From: a virus
DNA: 64,000 nt
IMG/VR virus record: IMGVR_UViG_3300023174_000062
Reading direction: 5' to 3' (one strand)
Both the position numbers and the translations under genes were made by a program. Positions 9,159 to 20,490 of the stretch are shown here, piece after piece. Under the pieces are notes generated by a model. That model worked only from the letters and a program-made list of their open reading frames with translations, made no database searches and was not told the DNA's origin. How positions within the stretch are numbered: position 1 is the first letter of the stretch; the number at the start of each line of letters is the position of its first letter.

Positions 9159-11650
9159 TGAAATTTTATACGCATTTTTCTAAACTCGGCAACAACATTC
9201 TTGTTCGTGGATATAATAACGGTAAGAGGTTCAGCGATAAAGTTGAATACAACCCAACGTTATATCTACAATCTAAAGATGGTGATTATCGAACGTTAGA
9301 TGGTCAATCACTTGCGCCTGTGTCGCAAGGCACAATGCGTGATGCTACTGAATTTATGAAACGTTATGAAGATGTTGACAACTTCAAAGTTTATGGCTCA
9401 ACAAACTTCCCATACGTTTATATCAATGAAGCCTATCCAGGAAAAATAGATTATGATCCAGAACAAATTAAGATTGCGAATATTGACATTGAGGTTGGTT
9501 CTGAAAATGGCTTTCCTGAACCTGCGTCTGCGAGTGAGCCAATTACTGCCATCACGTTTAAGATAGCAGGACACTTCTATGTGTCTGGCTGTGGTGACTA
9601 CGATAACAATCGTGATGATGTAACATATATCAAGTGCCGTGATGAGAATAATCTTATCATGCGCTTTCTCGACATGTGGGAAGAAACATCACCAGACATT
9701 GTGACTGGTTGGAACATTCAATTCTTTGATATTCCATATCTGCACAATCGTATCAACAAACTCATGGGCGAGAATACTGCAAAGCGTTTATCTCCATTCC
9801 GTAGAATTGGTGAACGTACAACTACGATTCACAACAAACAGCAAACAGCATTTGATTTGGTTGGCATTGCTATTCTTGATTACATTGAATTGTACAAGAA
9901 GTTTACATACTCACAACAAGAAAGTTTTAGTCTTAATCACATTGCGTTCCTTGAACTCGGTGAGAAGAAACTTGACTACTCTGAAGTTGAAAGTCTGCAT
10001 CAATTGTATCGAACAAACTTTCAAAAGTTTATTGAGTATAACATCCATGACGTTGAACTTGTGGATCGTATTGATGCTAAGATGCAATTGATTGACATGG
10101 CACTTGCACTTGCATATGATGCTAAAGTTAATTACACCGATGTGTTCACGCAAGTACGCATGTGGGATACTTTGATTCATAATGAATTGATTGCAGACAA
10201 TATTGTTGTGCCTCAAAATGTTCATACTGCAAAAGATGAACAGTATGCTGGCGCTTATGTGAAAGACCCAATCGTTGGTATGCACGAATGGGTTGTGTCG
10301 TTTGACTTGAACTCATTGTATCCACACTTGATTATGCAGTACAATGTTTCACCTGAAACAATTGTTGAAGGTCGCCACACAAGTATCTCTATTGATAATT
10401 TGCTGAACAACGAATATCAAGCATCTGGTGAATATTGCATGGCAGCCAATGGACATTACTTCAAACGTGACAAGCAAGGCTTCTTGCCTGCTATGATGCA
10501 ACGCATGTATGATGATCGGTCATTGTACAAAAAGAAAATGATTGAGGCTCAAAAGGCTTACGAAAAAGAAACTGATAAAGAACGTAAACGTGAAATATCA
10601 AATCAAATTTCAAAGTACAAGAACTTGCAGTTGGCAAAGAAAGTACAATTGAACTCCGCTTATGGCGCACTTGGTAATCAATATTTTAGGTTCTTTGACA
10701 TTCGACAAGCAGAGGCAATCACTCTGTCTGGTCAATTGTCCATTCGATGGATTGAAATGAAGTTGAATGGTTATCTAAACAAACTATTGAAGACTAAGGA
10801 TATTGATTATGTTATTGCGTCAGATACAGACTCGGTGTACGTCAATCTTGGTCCGCTTGTTAATATGGTCTACGGATCGAAGAGTGAAACGAAAGTTGAA
10901 ACGATTGTTGATTTCGTCAACAAAGCATGTACAGAAAAATTCGAACCATTCATCGACAAGGCATATCAAGAACTAGCAGACTACATGAATGCATTCGACC
11001 AGAAGATGCAGATGAAGCGTGAGGTCATTGCAAACAAAGGCATCTGGACTGCAAAGAAGCGTTACATTCTAAACGTGTACGATTCAGAAGGTGTTCGATT
11101 CGCAGAGCCAAAGTTAAAGATGATGGGCATTGAAGCCGTTAAGTCTTCCACACCAATGTCATGCCGTGAGAAGATTAAAGAATCTTTGAAGATTGTGATG
11201 AATGGTAGCGAACAAGAGTTTCAATCTTTTGTTGAAGCATTCAAACAAGAATTCAAAACTCTTCCGTTTGAAGACATTGCATTTCCACGTGGTGTTAGTG
11301 ACCTATCTAAATATACAAGCAGTTCGGAACTATATTCAAAAGGCACACCTATGCATGTGCGTGGTGCGATAATGTTTAATGCGTTTCTGAAAAAGTATAA
11401 ACTGACTAAGAAGTATCAACTTATTCAGGATGGTGACAAGACTAAATTCTGCTACATGAAAGTTCCAAATCCCGTTCAAGAAAATGTATTTTCTATTCTC
11501 ACAGTCTTGCCTAAAGAGTTTGGCGTAGAAAAATATATCGACTACGATACGCAGTTTGATAAAGCATATCTTGAACCATTAAAAACAATCGTAAACACAA
11601 TTGGTTGGAAGACCGAACGTGTTTCTTCATTGGAGAGTTTTTTCGCATGA
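9158..11650 (+). CDS. 43: Family B DNA polymerase gp43
   Basis: DIEV exo I, SFDLNSLYPH, KVQLNSAYG, ASDTDS, KKRY. Confidence 0.98.
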   Translation: MKFYTHFSKLGNNILVRGYNNGKRFSDKVEYNPTLYLQSKDGDYRTLDGQSLAPVSQGTMRDATEFMKRYEDVDNFKVYGSTNFPYVYINEAYPGKIDYDPEQIKIANIDIEVGSENGFPEPASASEPITAITFKIAGHFYVSGCGDYDNNRDDVTYIKCRDENNLIMRFLDMWEETSPDIVTGWNIQFFDIPYLHNRINKLMGENTAKRLSPFRRIGERTTTIHNKQQTAFDLVGIAILDYIELYKKFTYSQQESFSLNHIAFLELGEKKLDYSEVESLHQLYRTNFQKFIEYNIHDVELVDRIDAKMQLIDMALALAYDAKVNYTDVFTQVRMWDTLIHNELIADNIVVPQNVHTAKDEQYAGAYVKDPIVGMHEWVVSFDLNSLYPHLIMQYNVSPETIVEGRHTSISIDNLLNNEYQASGEYCMAANGHYFKRDKQGFLPAMMQRMYDDRSLYKKKMIEAQKAYEKETDKERKREISNQISKYKNLQLAKKVQLNSAYGALGNQYFRFFDIRQAEAITLSGQLSIRWIEMKLNGYLNKLLKTKDIDYVIASDTDSVYVNLGPLVNMVYGSKSETKVETIVDFVNKACTEKFEPFIDKAYQELADYMNAFDQKMQMKREVIANKGIWTAKKRYILNVYDSEGVRFAEPKLKMMGIEAVKSSTPMSCREKIKESLKIVMNGSEQEFQSFVEAFKQEFKTLPFEDIAFPRGVSDLSKYTSSSELYSKGTPMHVRGAIMFNAFLKKYKLTKKYQLIQDGDKTKFCYMKVPNPVQENVFSILTVLPKEFGVEKYIDYDTQFDKAYLEPLKTIVNTIGWKTERVSSLESFFA

Positions 11651-12051
11651 GCAAAATACCATCAGAATATCTAGCGTTTAGAAAAGAAGATGATTTTGGA
11701 TTTAGTGCAGTTGACGAATCAACGTTAACTAGACTTACGGATCCAAATACATTAGAAGATACAATTGCTGTTAAAGAAACAGTAGCACAATCTTCTGAAT
11801 CTTTACAGCGTGTAGAAGAGAAATTAGATTCAATGCTATCATTGTACAATCAAGGTAAACTTGGTCTTGACGCAGAACGTCAGAACATGACAGCAGAAGT
11901 AAAAAAAGATTTAAAAGAATTAGAACAACTTATCATGCCTTTACTTGTCAACTTGATGAAGAATCCAGAAAAAGAATATATCTACTGGCCAAATCGCACA
12001 GCAAAAATTCAAGAACAAATCGACAAAGTATTAGCATTAACTAGAGGATAA
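11647..12051 (+). CDS. Conserved hypothetical protein
   Basis: DDFGFSAVDE ... LMKNPEKEYIYWPNR. Confidence 0.6.
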   Translation: MSKIPSEYLAFRKEDDFGFSAVDESTLTRLTDPNTLEDTIAVKETVAQSSESLQRVEEKLDSMLSLYNQGKLGLDAERQNMTAEVKKDLKELEQLIMPLLVNLMKNPEKEYIYWPNRTAKIQEQIDKVLALTRG

Positions 12052-12055
12052 ACTT

Positions 12056-13036
12056 ATGCTATTTGCTTTGATTACATTATTGAGTGCGATATCTCTTTCT
12101 GCTATTGCCGCATACTATTCAGTCATTGGTCTAATGGCTATCTTTGCGGCTAGCCCAATCCCAATTGCAATCATGGGTGGTGCGCTTGAGTTTTCGAAAC
12201 TCATTGCCGCATCATGGGCATATAAGAATTGGAAAATCGCACCAAGATTTTTGAAGTACTATTTCACAGTAGCGGTTATGATTCTAATGTTGATTACATC
12301 ATTAGGAATCTTTGGATATCTTTCTAAAGCACATAACGATCAAAATCTAATAAGCGGTGATGTATCTGCAAAAATTGCAATGATCGATGAGAAGATTAAA
12401 GTTGAGAAGGATAATATTGATGTTAATCGCAAAACGCTCAAACAGATGGATGAGGCTGTGGACCAAGTTATGGTTCGTTCAACAAACGAAAAGGGTGCAG
12501 AGAAAGCGGCAAGTCTACGCAAAGCCCAACAGGTTGAACGTGGTCGCTTACTTAAAGAAATCGAAACATATAACAAGCGGATTTCGACTCTTAATGAAGA
12601 AAGAGCACCTATCGCAACCGAAATTCGTAAAGTGGAAGCAGAGGTTGGTCCGATTAAATATATTGCGGCGTTAATCTATGGCGATAGCGTTGATTCTAGT
12701 TTACTAGATAAGTCTGTACGATTCGTTATTATTCTTTTGGTTCTTGTGTTTGACCCAATGGCAGTCTTGCTTGTCATTGCTGGTAACTTTTCTCTGAAAG
12801 AAATTGCAAGAGCAAAAGAAGAAAAGTCTGGTGGATATGAAGTTAATATTCCTCCACCTGCTGAAGTTGCACCAAAACAAAAGAGAAAACAAAAAGTACA
12901 ACAACCCGTTGGTGATGAAAATTTGAATGCGTCATTGGTGGAACCTATACCCATGACAAAGGAAGAACTAGAAGAGTTTAAGCGCAAATACACCAGAGAT
13001 GGTAGATCAAAATTTGCGGAGTATGCTGAAAGGTAA
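12056..13036 (+). CDS. Membrane protein with coiled coil
   Basis: Three N-terminal TM helices, long coiled coil, further TM, EVGPIKY motif. Confidence 0.65.
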   Translation: MLFALITLLSAISLSAIAAYYSVIGLMAIFAASPIPIAIMGGALEFSKLIAASWAYKNWKIAPRFLKYYFTVAVMILMLITSLGIFGYLSKAHNDQNLISGDVSAKIAMIDEKIKVEKDNIDVNRKTLKQMDEAVDQVMVRSTNEKGAEKAASLRKAQQVERGRLLKEIETYNKRISTLNEERAPIATEIRKVEAEVGPIKYIAALIYGDSVDSSLLDKSVRFVIILLVLVFDPMAVLLVIAGNFSLKEIARAKEEKSGGYEVNIPPPAEVAPKQKRKQKVQQPVGDENLNASLVEPIPMTKEELEEFKRKYTRDGRSKFAEYAER

Positions 13037-13039
13037 TTT

Positions 13040-13540
13040 ATGAAGATTGGTTTTAATTGTTCGTCATTTGATTTATTCCATGCTGGTCATGTAACAATGC
13101 TAAAGATGGAAAAAAAATTATGTGACTATTTGATTGTTGCATTACAAGTTGATCCTACTGTAGATAGACCTAGCACAAAGAATAAACCTGTGCAATCGGT
13201 ATATGAAAGATATGTTCAATTGCAAGCATGTAAGTATGTAGATGAGATTCTTGTTTACCATACTGAAGAAGACTTAGCCAATCTGATTATGACACAAACA
13301 ATGAACATAAGATTTCTTGGCGAAGAATATAAAAATAAAGACTTTACCGGTAAACAGTATTGCATTGAGAACGGAATTGAGTTATACTATCATGTGAGGA
13401 ATCATAGTTACAGTACATCGGAACTCCGTCAACGTACTTATGATTTAGAAGTGCAGAAGAAAAGCGAACCTGATGTTACTGAGTATGAACAACATTCGCC
13501 AAAGTTATTAAACAAATATTATGAAGGAAAAACACAATGA
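13040..13540 (+). CDS. TagD-like cytidylyltransferase
   Basis: [21 protein letters not shown]. Confidence 0.85.
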   Translation: MKIGFNCSSFDLFHAGHVTMLKMEKKLCDYLIVALQVDPTVDRPSTKNKPVQSVYERYVQLQACKYVDEILVYHTEEDLANLIMTQTMNIRFLGEEYKNKDFTGKQYCIENGIELYYHVRNHSYSTSELRQRTYDLEVQKKSEPDVTEYEQHSPKLLNKYYEGKTQ

Positions 13541-14610
13541 GTAATTTTTTTACAGACTTAGTGGATCAGTTGAAAGACGAAGACACTAAAATTTTATCTG
13601 AAGGTGGCGCATCTGCTGAGTATAGTGGATGCATTGATACAGGTTCATATGCATTGAATGCTGTTCTATCAGGTAGCATCTATGGTGGTGTGCCTAATAA
13701 CAAAGTGACTGCATTCGCTGGTGAATCGTCAACGGGTAAAACATTCTTTGTGCTTGGCATTGTCAAACAATTTCTTGATGCAAATCCTGAAGGCGGTGTT
13801 ATCTACTTTGATACAGAAGCCGCAGTTACAAAACAAATGATGGAATCCCGTGGTGTTGACACTAAGCGTGTCGTTATCTCTGAGCCAGATACAATTCAAA
13901 AGTTTCGTCATACTGCATTGCAAATCATTGAGAAGTATCAAGCACAACCAGAAGCAAAGCGTAAGCCAATGATTATGGTTCTTGATTCTCTTGGTCAGTT
14001 GTCTTCTACTAAAGAGATGGAAGATACTGCTGAAGGCAAAGAGACTAAAGACATGACCAAGTCTGCTATTCTCAAAGCAACATTCCGTGTATTGAATTTG
14101 AAACTCGCTAAGATTGGTGTGCCTTTGCTTGTAACAAATCACGTTTATGATGTTGTTGGTGCATACATCCCAACTAAAGAAATGTCTGGTGGTTCTGGCT
14201 TGAAGTATACAGCATCCACAATCATTTATTTGTCTAAGCGTAAAGACAAAGATGGTACTGAAGTTGTTGGTAATATTGTTCGTTGCAAGTTGCAGAAGTC
14301 ACGTTTGACTAAAGAGAACTCTCAAGTTGAAGTAAAGATCACATACAGTAAAGGTCTTGACCGCTACTACGGATTGCTTGAAATTGCAGAGAAACATGGT
14401 ATCATTAAGAAAGTATCCACAAGATATGAACTTGCCAATGGTACTAAAGTATTTGGTAAGAACATCAACGAAGAGCCAGAAAAGTATTTCACGCCTGATA
14501 TCTTAGCATTGATTGACGAAGCGTGTAAGAAAGAATTCTTGTATGGGCAAGAAAACGATAGCGGTATTGTTGATGAGGTAGAAGAATTGGAGTTAGCAAA
14601 TGAAGATTAA
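13537..14610 (+). CDS. uvsX: RecA-like recombinase UvsX
   Basis: [23 protein letters not shown]. Confidence 0.95.
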   Translation: MSNFFTDLVDQLKDEDTKILSEGGASAEYSGCIDTGSYALNAVLSGSIYGGVPNNKVTAFAGESSTGKTFFVLGIVKQFLDANPEGGVIYFDTEAAVTKQMMESRGVDTKRVVISEPDTIQKFRHTALQIIEKYQAQPEAKRKPMIMVLDSLGQLSSTKEMEDTAEGKETKDMTKSAILKATFRVLNLKLAKIGVPLLVTNHVYDVVGAYIPTKEMSGGSGLKYTASTIIYLSKRKDKDGTEVVGNIVRCKLQKSRLTKENSQVEVKITYSKGLDRYYGLLEIAEKHGIIKKVSTRYELANGTKVFGKNINEEPEKYFTPDILALIDEACKKEFLYGQENDSGIVDEVEELELANED

Positions 14611-14944
14611 TGAAGACTACGAAATCACAACCCGTGATATCAAATACAAAGACAAAGATACTGTAGCATCTATCAAAATTAATTCTGGCATGTATAAAGA
14701 TGTGGAATTTAATTTTGGTGAGATTAATTTCTCCGAAGAAGAAAATCCCGATGGAACGTATTCAATCGGCTTCAACTATGATATAATAGATGAAGAACAC
14801 AAAGCGTTACAAGGCAATAAAGACTTTGAAGCGCACCTCGGTGAAATTTTAAATGATCTTCTAAGAATCTCATTAGAAGAAGCAGAAAAAAGGTATAAGA
14901 ATGAACTTGGAACAAAAAATACTGAAACACCTGATATTGGATGA
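14600..14944 (+). CDS. gp40-like head vertex assembly chaperone
   Basis: Between uvsX and gp41 as in T4; size and acidic character fit. Confidence 0.55.
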   Translation: MKINEDYEITTRDIKYKDKDTVASIKINSGMYKDVEFNFGEINFSEEENPDGTYSIGFNYDIIDEEHKALQGNKDFEAHLGEILNDLLRISLEEAEKRYKNELGTKNTETPDIG

Positions 14945-16310
14945 AGAGTATACACGTAAGACACTACCATTCATTAGAGGCGAGTATTTTCAAGAATCTT
15001 CAGAAAAACTATTGTTTACTGAGATTCAAAACTATGTGAATAAGTATAACTCAATGCCAACGCAAGAAGCGTTGGTTATTGAGATTGACAAGAGAATTAA
15101 TCTAACAGATGACCAGCACAAGAAAACTATTGCGTTAGTCAAACAGATTACAATCGATCCTGAAGTATCAGACACTAAATGGTTGATTGATGCGACAGAA
15201 GATTTCTGTCAAGAGAAAGCAATCTACAATGGCATCATGCAGAGTATTCAAATTCTGGATGACAAAAACAAAACTGAAAAACTTGATAAAGGTTCAATCC
15301 CTAAAATCTTAGCAGATGCACTTTCAGTTTCTTTTGATAATCACATTGGTCACGATTTTATTGATGACGCAGAAACACGATATGACTTTTATCATAAAGT
15401 TGAAAAGCGAATCCCATTCGACCTAGACTATCTGAATCGAATCACTAAAGGTGGGCTTGCGGAAAAATCTTTGAACATTGTTCTTGCTGGTACTGGTGTT
15501 GGTAAGTCATTGTTCATGTGTCATTGTGCGGCAGCCAATCTAACAATGGGTAAGAATGTTTTATACATTACAATGGAAATGGCTGAAGAACGTATTGCAG
15601 AACGTATCGATGCAAACTTGATGAACGTTGAATTGGATCGATTGGTTGGTATGCCTAAAGAAACTTATCTACGCAAAGTTGAATCTTTACGTGAGAAGAC
15701 TAAGGGTAAACTAATCATCAAAGAATATCCAACCGCTAGTGCAAACGTAAATCACTTCTCACATTTGTTGAATGAGTTGAAATTGAAACGTCAATTCATT
15801 CCCGATATCATCTACATTGACTATCTGAACATTTGTTCTTCCGCACGTATGAAGATGGGTTCTTCTATTAACTCATACACATACATTAAAGCAATCGCAG
15901 AAGAATTGCGTGGACTTGCAGTTGAACATAAAGTGCCAGTTGTATCTGCTACACAAACAACAAGAAGTGGTTACACAAACTCAGACGTTGGACTTGAAGA
16001 TACTTCAGAATCGTTTGGTTTGCCTGCAACAGCAGACTTGATGTTTGCTTTGATTTCAACCGAAGAACTTGCAGAGTTGAATCAGATTATGGTCAAGCAG
16101 TTAAAGAATCGATACAGCGACCCAACAACAAACAAGCGTTTTGTGATTGGTGTTGACAGAGCGAAAATGAAACTGTATGATGCAGAAGAGTCAGCGCAGA
16201 CTAACATTTCCGATAGTGGGCAGATCGAAGACGATAGACCCGTATTCGATAAGTCTGGTTTCGGCAAACGAATGCAGAAAAACCGAGATTTTGGCAATTT
16301 AAAGGTTTAA
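14901..16310 (+). CDS. 41: Replicative helicase gp41
   Basis: AGTGVGKS, TMEMAE, IDYLNI, SATQTTR, SESFGLP. Confidence 0.95.
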   Translation: MNLEQKILKHLILDEEYTRKTLPFIRGEYFQESSEKLLFTEIQNYVNKYNSMPTQEALVIEIDKRINLTDDQHKKTIALVKQITIDPEVSDTKWLIDATEDFCQEKAIYNGIMQSIQILDDKNKTEKLDKGSIPKILADALSVSFDNHIGHDFIDDAETRYDFYHKVEKRIPFDLDYLNRITKGGLAEKSLNIVLAGTGVGKSLFMCHCAAANLTMGKNVLYITMEMAEERIAERIDANLMNVELDRLVGMPKETYLRKVESLREKTKGKLIIKEYPTASANVNHFSHLLNELKLKRQFIPDIIYIDYLNICSSARMKMGSSINSYTYIKAIAEELRGLAVEHKVPVVSATQTTRSGYTNSDVGLEDTSESFGLPATADLMFALISTEELAELNQIMVKQLKNRYSDPTTNKRFVIGVDRAKMKLYDAEESAQTNISDSGQIEDDRPVFDKSGFGKRMQKNRDFGNLKV

Positions 16311-16349
16311 TTTCATAATGTGAAATATACCCCTTTCCCTAAATATCTC

Positions 16350-16378
16350 TTGACAAAGTACCATAACTGTACTATAAT
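16350..16378 (+). promoter_or_regulatory. Consensus sigma70 promoter
   Basis: TTGACA-17-TATAAT. Confidence 0.85.
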
Positions 16379-16404
16379 AGATATTGTTAAGAAAGGGACT
16401 CAGC

Positions 16405-16878
16405 ATGAAACTCATTCTCAGGGCAAAAGGGGTAACCTTGACACCGAAAGAGAGAAAGATTTTAAAGATGGCTACGCATTTTTATGCTAGTCGTTTGATG
16501 AGTGACAGGTTGTCAAATACATTAGAAATTAGCATAAACGTCATAAAAGATTTTTATGTGAAAAACCGAATTCTCGGTGAAGCGTTTCCTAAAGACGATG
16601 AACGTGGAAACAACAAACAATTTGTAATAAATTTGGAATGGAATAAAATGGGCAAGCGTGTTTTACAATGTCTTGCACATGAGATGGTTCACATTAAGCA
16701 ATATGCTAAAGGTGAATTAAAATTCCATGAAAAAAGGAACTTGGTAACGTTCCAACGAGAACAATACCAAGGTGATGAATATTGGGAATCATTATGGGAG
16801 ATTGAAGCATATGGACGTGAAGTCGGACTCTATCAAAAATTTAGACCTACTCTTAAACTACTTAAGAAAGAAATTTGA
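16405..16878 (+). CDS. Zn metallopeptidase-like protein
   Basis: LAHEMVHIKQ (HExxH), WEIEAY. Confidence 0.7.
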   Translation: MKLILRAKGVTLTPKERKILKMATHFYASRLMSDRLSNTLEISINVIKDFYVKNRILGEAFPKDDERGNNKQFVINLEWNKMGKRVLQCLAHEMVHIKQYAKGELKFHEKRNLVTFQREQYQGDEYWESLWEIEAYGREVGLYQKFRPTLKLLKKEI

Positions 16879-16879
16879 A

Positions 16880-17167
16880 ATGATTAAAGTAACAGAATGG
16901 TATAACTGGATTGTACGTCAGTTTGGTGAGATTTGCGGTTGGATTGGATTAGTTCTAATTCATGGATCTACAGTACCAGTAACCTATCTAGCAATTCAAG
17001 GTGAACCTACAGTATTACCCCCATTAAGTATGGTCATACTAATTTGGAGTGGCTTGTTATTATTCTTTGTCCGTTCAGCAATTATGAAAGACAAACTATA
17101 CATGTTGTCAAACGGCATCGGATTTTTCATGCAAAGTATTATGTTAGCATTCTTGGTGTTAAAATGA
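16880..17167 (+). CDS. Three-TM membrane protein
   Basis: Hydrophobic helices. Confidence 0.55.
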   Translation: MIKVTEWYNWIVRQFGEICGWIGLVLIHGSTVPVTYLAIQGEPTVLPPLSMVILIWSGLLLFFVRSAIMKDKLYMLSNGIGFFMQSIMLAFLVLK

Positions 17168-17361
17168 GTGTAGATAGTATAAGAGCATACAACAATAAGA
17201 TGTATGAACAACTTATTCTTAACAGAACTGATAGAAGAATTGATGAACTACGTTTAGAAGAACGTAGAGTTAAACATCTACGTGAAGTGTCAGAACAAGC
17301 ACGTATCGAAATGAATCGTAGAATGAATCGTCCTGGACAGAATGTAGATAGAATGGCATAG
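17164..17361 (+). CDS. Hypothetical protein
   Basis: MSVDSIRAY..., ATGA overlap. Confidence 0.5.
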   Translation: MSVDSIRAYNNKMYEQLILNRTDRRIDELRLEERRVKHLREVSEQARIEMNRRMNRPGQNVDRMA

Positions 17362-17362
17362 A

Positions 17363-18010
17363 GTGAAATCAATAGCATTGTTTGTTAATCATCCCGAATG
17401 TTCAACAGATTGTTGTGATGGGATGATTAAAGCACTATCGTCAAACTATGAAATTAATTTATTTAATGTTGATAGTGATTTAGTGACAGTATTAAACAAT
17501 GCAGATGTTGTTGCGTTTCCTGGAGGTATCGGAGATGCAGATTCTTATGATAAATTCTTTAGACGCAAACGTGCTAATATGATAGCCGACTTTGTTGAAT
17601 CTAAAGGATATTATCTCGGAATATGCATGGGTGCGTATTGGGCTGGTAGTCACTATTTTGATATACTAGATGACATTGAACCCGTTCAGTATATTAAACA
17701 ACCAAATGCTGATATTCGTAGGTCTTATTCTACCATTGCGAACGTAACATGGAACGGCAAACCTGAGACAATGTTCTTCTACGATGGATGTGCATTGACA
17801 GGCAATCTAGAACGTGCTAAAATAGTCTCTACTTATGCGAATGGTGACGCTATGGCAATCATTCAAAATAGAGTAGGAGTGATTGGTTGCCATCCTGAGA
17901 GTCAGAAGTATTGGTATGAGAAGCCTAGAGCATACATATCAGAATACTGGCACGAAGAACGAAACCATAAATTGTTGTTAAACTTTGTTGACGAACTTAC
18001 ATCATGTTAA
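17363..18010 (+). CDS. BPL-N / class I glutamine amidotransferase-like protein
   Basis: FPGG, GICMGAY nucleophile elbow, CHPE. Confidence 0.75.
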   Translation: MKSIALFVNHPECSTDCCDGMIKALSSNYEINLFNVDSDLVTVLNNADVVAFPGGIGDADSYDKFFRRKRANMIADFVESKGYYLGICMGAYWAGSHYFDILDDIEPVQYIKQPNADIRRSYSTIANVTWNGKPETMFFYDGCALTGNLERAKIVSTYANGDAMAIIQNRVGVIGCHPESQKYWYEKPRAYISEYWHEERNHKLLLNFVDELTSC

Positions 18011-18342
18011 TTTATACATATCAGAAATCAAAGAAGAAAAAAACTCCTGCAAAGAAAGTTGCAGAGTATCAAAAGTGGCTCGACAACTTACCGACAACTT
18101 CATTCTCTAAAGGTTATAAGAAACCTAAAGAAGTTGAGGCATATCAACCGCCAAAAGCATATGTGCGTGAAACTGTACGTCATCCCAGTTTAGCGACAGT
18201 TGGCGACAATTGCACTAAACCGATTCACGGCAAAGTTTACACTGGCGACAAAATGATCGGTATTGGCACACTACACAAAAGCAATGCAGTACCTATTTTC
18301 TCTAGTGATGATGCAAAGGATCAAGCATCAATGCGAAGGTAA
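18004..18342 (+). CDS. Conserved T4-like hypothetical protein
   Basis: YTG..MIGIGTLHKSNAVP motif. Confidence 0.6.
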   Translation: MLIYTYQKSKKKKTPAKKVAEYQKWLDNLPTTSFSKGYKKPKEVEAYQPPKAYVRETVRHPSLATVGDNCTKPIHGKVYTGDKMIGIGTLHKSNAVPIFSSDDAKDQASMRR

Positions 18343-18343
18343 T

Positions 18344-18351
18344 TATAAATA
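18344..18351 (+). promoter_or_regulatory. T4-type late promoter
   Basis: TATAAATA. Confidence 0.7.
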
Positions 18352-18376
18352 GGTCTATTGCAACGACAGACCTATC

Positions 18377-19603
18377 ATGTTTAAATTTAAAGAATACCTT
18401 ATTGAGAAGAAAAACACTCACATGGAACATGCGGAAGACGATGTTCTGAATGGTGGTGTTGAAGGAACTAGAGATAGCATAAACGCACTCAGAGCGGTAC
18501 GTGATATGCTTGCTGGACATTCCAAAAGCAAAGTTGACATTTCAGTCAAATGGGATGGTGCGCCAGCAGTCTTTGCAGGACAAGACCCAACTGACGGCAA
18601 GTTCTTTGTTGCGAAGAAGGGTGTCTTTAATAAAAATCCCAAAGTATACAAAACTCCAGCAGATATCGATGCAGACACTTCTGGTGACTTAGCAGACAAA
18701 CTCAAAGCGTGTTTGATGTGGTTACCTAAGATCGGCATCAAAGGCGTCATTCAAGGCGACTTGCTATTCACACAATCCGACTTGAAGACAGAGACAATCG
18801 ATGGTGAATCATATGTCACGTTTCACCCAAATACTTTAGTATATGCAGTACCAACAGGAACAGAACTTGCTAAACAGATACAAAAAGCAAAGATTGGTAT
18901 TGTCTGGCACACAATCTACGAAGGTGATTCTTTCGAAACAATGTCAGCGGTCTTTGGCAAAGACATTCTAAGCACACTTACTCAAAGTCCAAACGTTTGG
19001 ATGACAAGTGCAGTCTATCACGATGTTTCGGGTAAAGCGACATTGACACAAGCAGAAAATGACCAAGTGACAGCAATTCTATCTGATGCTGGAAAGATAT
19101 TCCAAAAACTAGATGCCGCTACTCTAAACTACATCAATACAGATGAAGACTTGATTGAACGCATCAAGACATTCAACAATTCAAAAGTACGTCAACAGTT
19201 AAAAATCACTAACGTCAAAGCGCACGTTAAAGAATTGATTACATACATTGAAGACTATTACGAGAAACAAGCCGAAGGAAAAGGTGAACGTGGCCGTGCT
19301 ACTCAGATGTTAAAGAAGAGCAAAGTACTTAGATTTTTCTCACCAAAAAACAAAGCACACCTAGAAGACATTTTCACAATGATGAATTTATTAGCAGAAG
19401 CGAAGTTGATTTTAATTAAGAAGATGGATGAAGTCAAAACGTTGAATACTTTCTTGTTGACAAAGAAAGGTTACGAAGTGACTGGTGTTGAAGGTTATGT
19501 TGCTATCGATAAGATTAAAGGTAATGCAGTCAAGTTAGTTGACAGAATGCAATTCAGTTATGCAAACTTCTCACCTGATGTTATTAAAGGTTGGCAGAGG
19601 TAA
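18377..19603 (+). CDS. Conserved T4-like late protein (DUF6267-like) with CTS-like N-terminus
   Basis: MFKFKEYLIE; NTHMEH.ED, VKWDGAPA, EGYV, VKLVDR.FS. Confidence 0.7.
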   Translation: MFKFKEYLIEKKNTHMEHAEDDVLNGGVEGTRDSINALRAVRDMLAGHSKSKVDISVKWDGAPAVFAGQDPTDGKFFVAKKGVFNKNPKVYKTPADIDADTSGDLADKLKACLMWLPKIGIKGVIQGDLLFTQSDLKTETIDGESYVTFHPNTLVYAVPTGTELAKQIQKAKIGIVWHTIYEGDSFETMSAVFGKDILSTLTQSPNVWMTSAVYHDVSGKATLTQAENDQVTAILSDAGKIFQKLDAATLNYINTDEDLIERIKTFNNSKVRQQLKITNVKAHVKELITYIEDYYEKQAEGKGERGRATQMLKKSKVLRFFSPKNKAHLEDIFTMMNLLAEAKLILIKKMDEVKTLNTFLLTKKGYEVTGVEGYVAIDKIKGNAVKLVDRMQFSYANFSPDVIKGWQR

Positions 19604-19693
19604 TAAGGTTTAATCTGAAACCGGACACCTTTATGTATACATCGGGTAACTATATTTAATGGTAGATATGCACTAAACAAGGAAAATAATAAA

Positions 19694-20488
19694 ATGGCAC
19701 AAGAAGGTTTTTTATATGAGGAGAATGCATATAAAGCATTGCAGAAATACAAAATTTCTACTGGCGGAGTTGCGGGTGCGTCCCATGATAAACCAGACCT
19801 GACCATTCAAAATAAATCGAAGAAAACTACTGGTTGCGAATTGAAGAACTCTCCGACTGCCGCAGGTTCTTTAGTTATGAAATACTACGATGGTAAGTGG
19901 CAATTCGGTGACATTGGAACTGATCCTGAGAAAGAATTCTTAGTTGAATTAGCAAAGAAGTTCAATTTGCTAAGAGAGATGAACACTAGCGGAACTCATG
20001 GTAAAGACTGGCGTGGTAAAGTGCCGTGTTTGCAAAATGACGCTAAAGGCAAGAAAATCATTGTTGGTGCTAAAGACAAGACTGCCGCATACAAATCAGA
20101 CTTAGAAAAGTTTGGTGCCCAAAATGAAGTGCATGTACCTATTCCAGCAAAAGCAATCTGTGACTATTATATTGCTAAAAAATGTTCGTATATCAACGTA
20201 GGAACTCACGGATTCTTTACACTAGCAGGCAAAGATTTATTGGGTCTACAGCCAAAACTCAAAGCAAACAAGAATTCTCCGATTCCCGATTTTGCTACTA
20301 ATGCTTCTGCTGTTATTCGTGTTCGCTGTCAATATAAGGGTGGCGGAGACTATCAATTCGTTATGACGCTACAGTTTGGTAAAGTGTCAAAATCACCATA
20401 TAACATTGCACCAATCAAAAAAGGTTCTGGTGCTACAATCGATGAAGCCGCATTAAAAGCAGACCCATTGCTTCTAGCGTTTATGTAA
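19694..20488 (+). CDS. Putative PD-(D/E)XK endonuclease
   Basis: GFLYEE...KPDL...GCELK. Confidence 0.5.
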   Translation: MAQEGFLYEENAYKALQKYKISTGGVAGASHDKPDLTIQNKSKKTTGCELKNSPTAAGSLVMKYYDGKWQFGDIGTDPEKEFLVELAKKFNLLREMNTSGTHGKDWRGKVPCLQNDAKGKKIIVGAKDKTAAYKSDLEKFGAQNEVHVPIPAKAICDYYIAKKCSYINVGTHGFFTLAGKDLLGLQPKLKANKNSPIPDFATNASAVIRVRCQYKGGGDYQFVMTLQFGKVSKSPYNIAPIKKGSGATIDEAALKADPLLLAFM

Positions 20489-20490
20489 AT

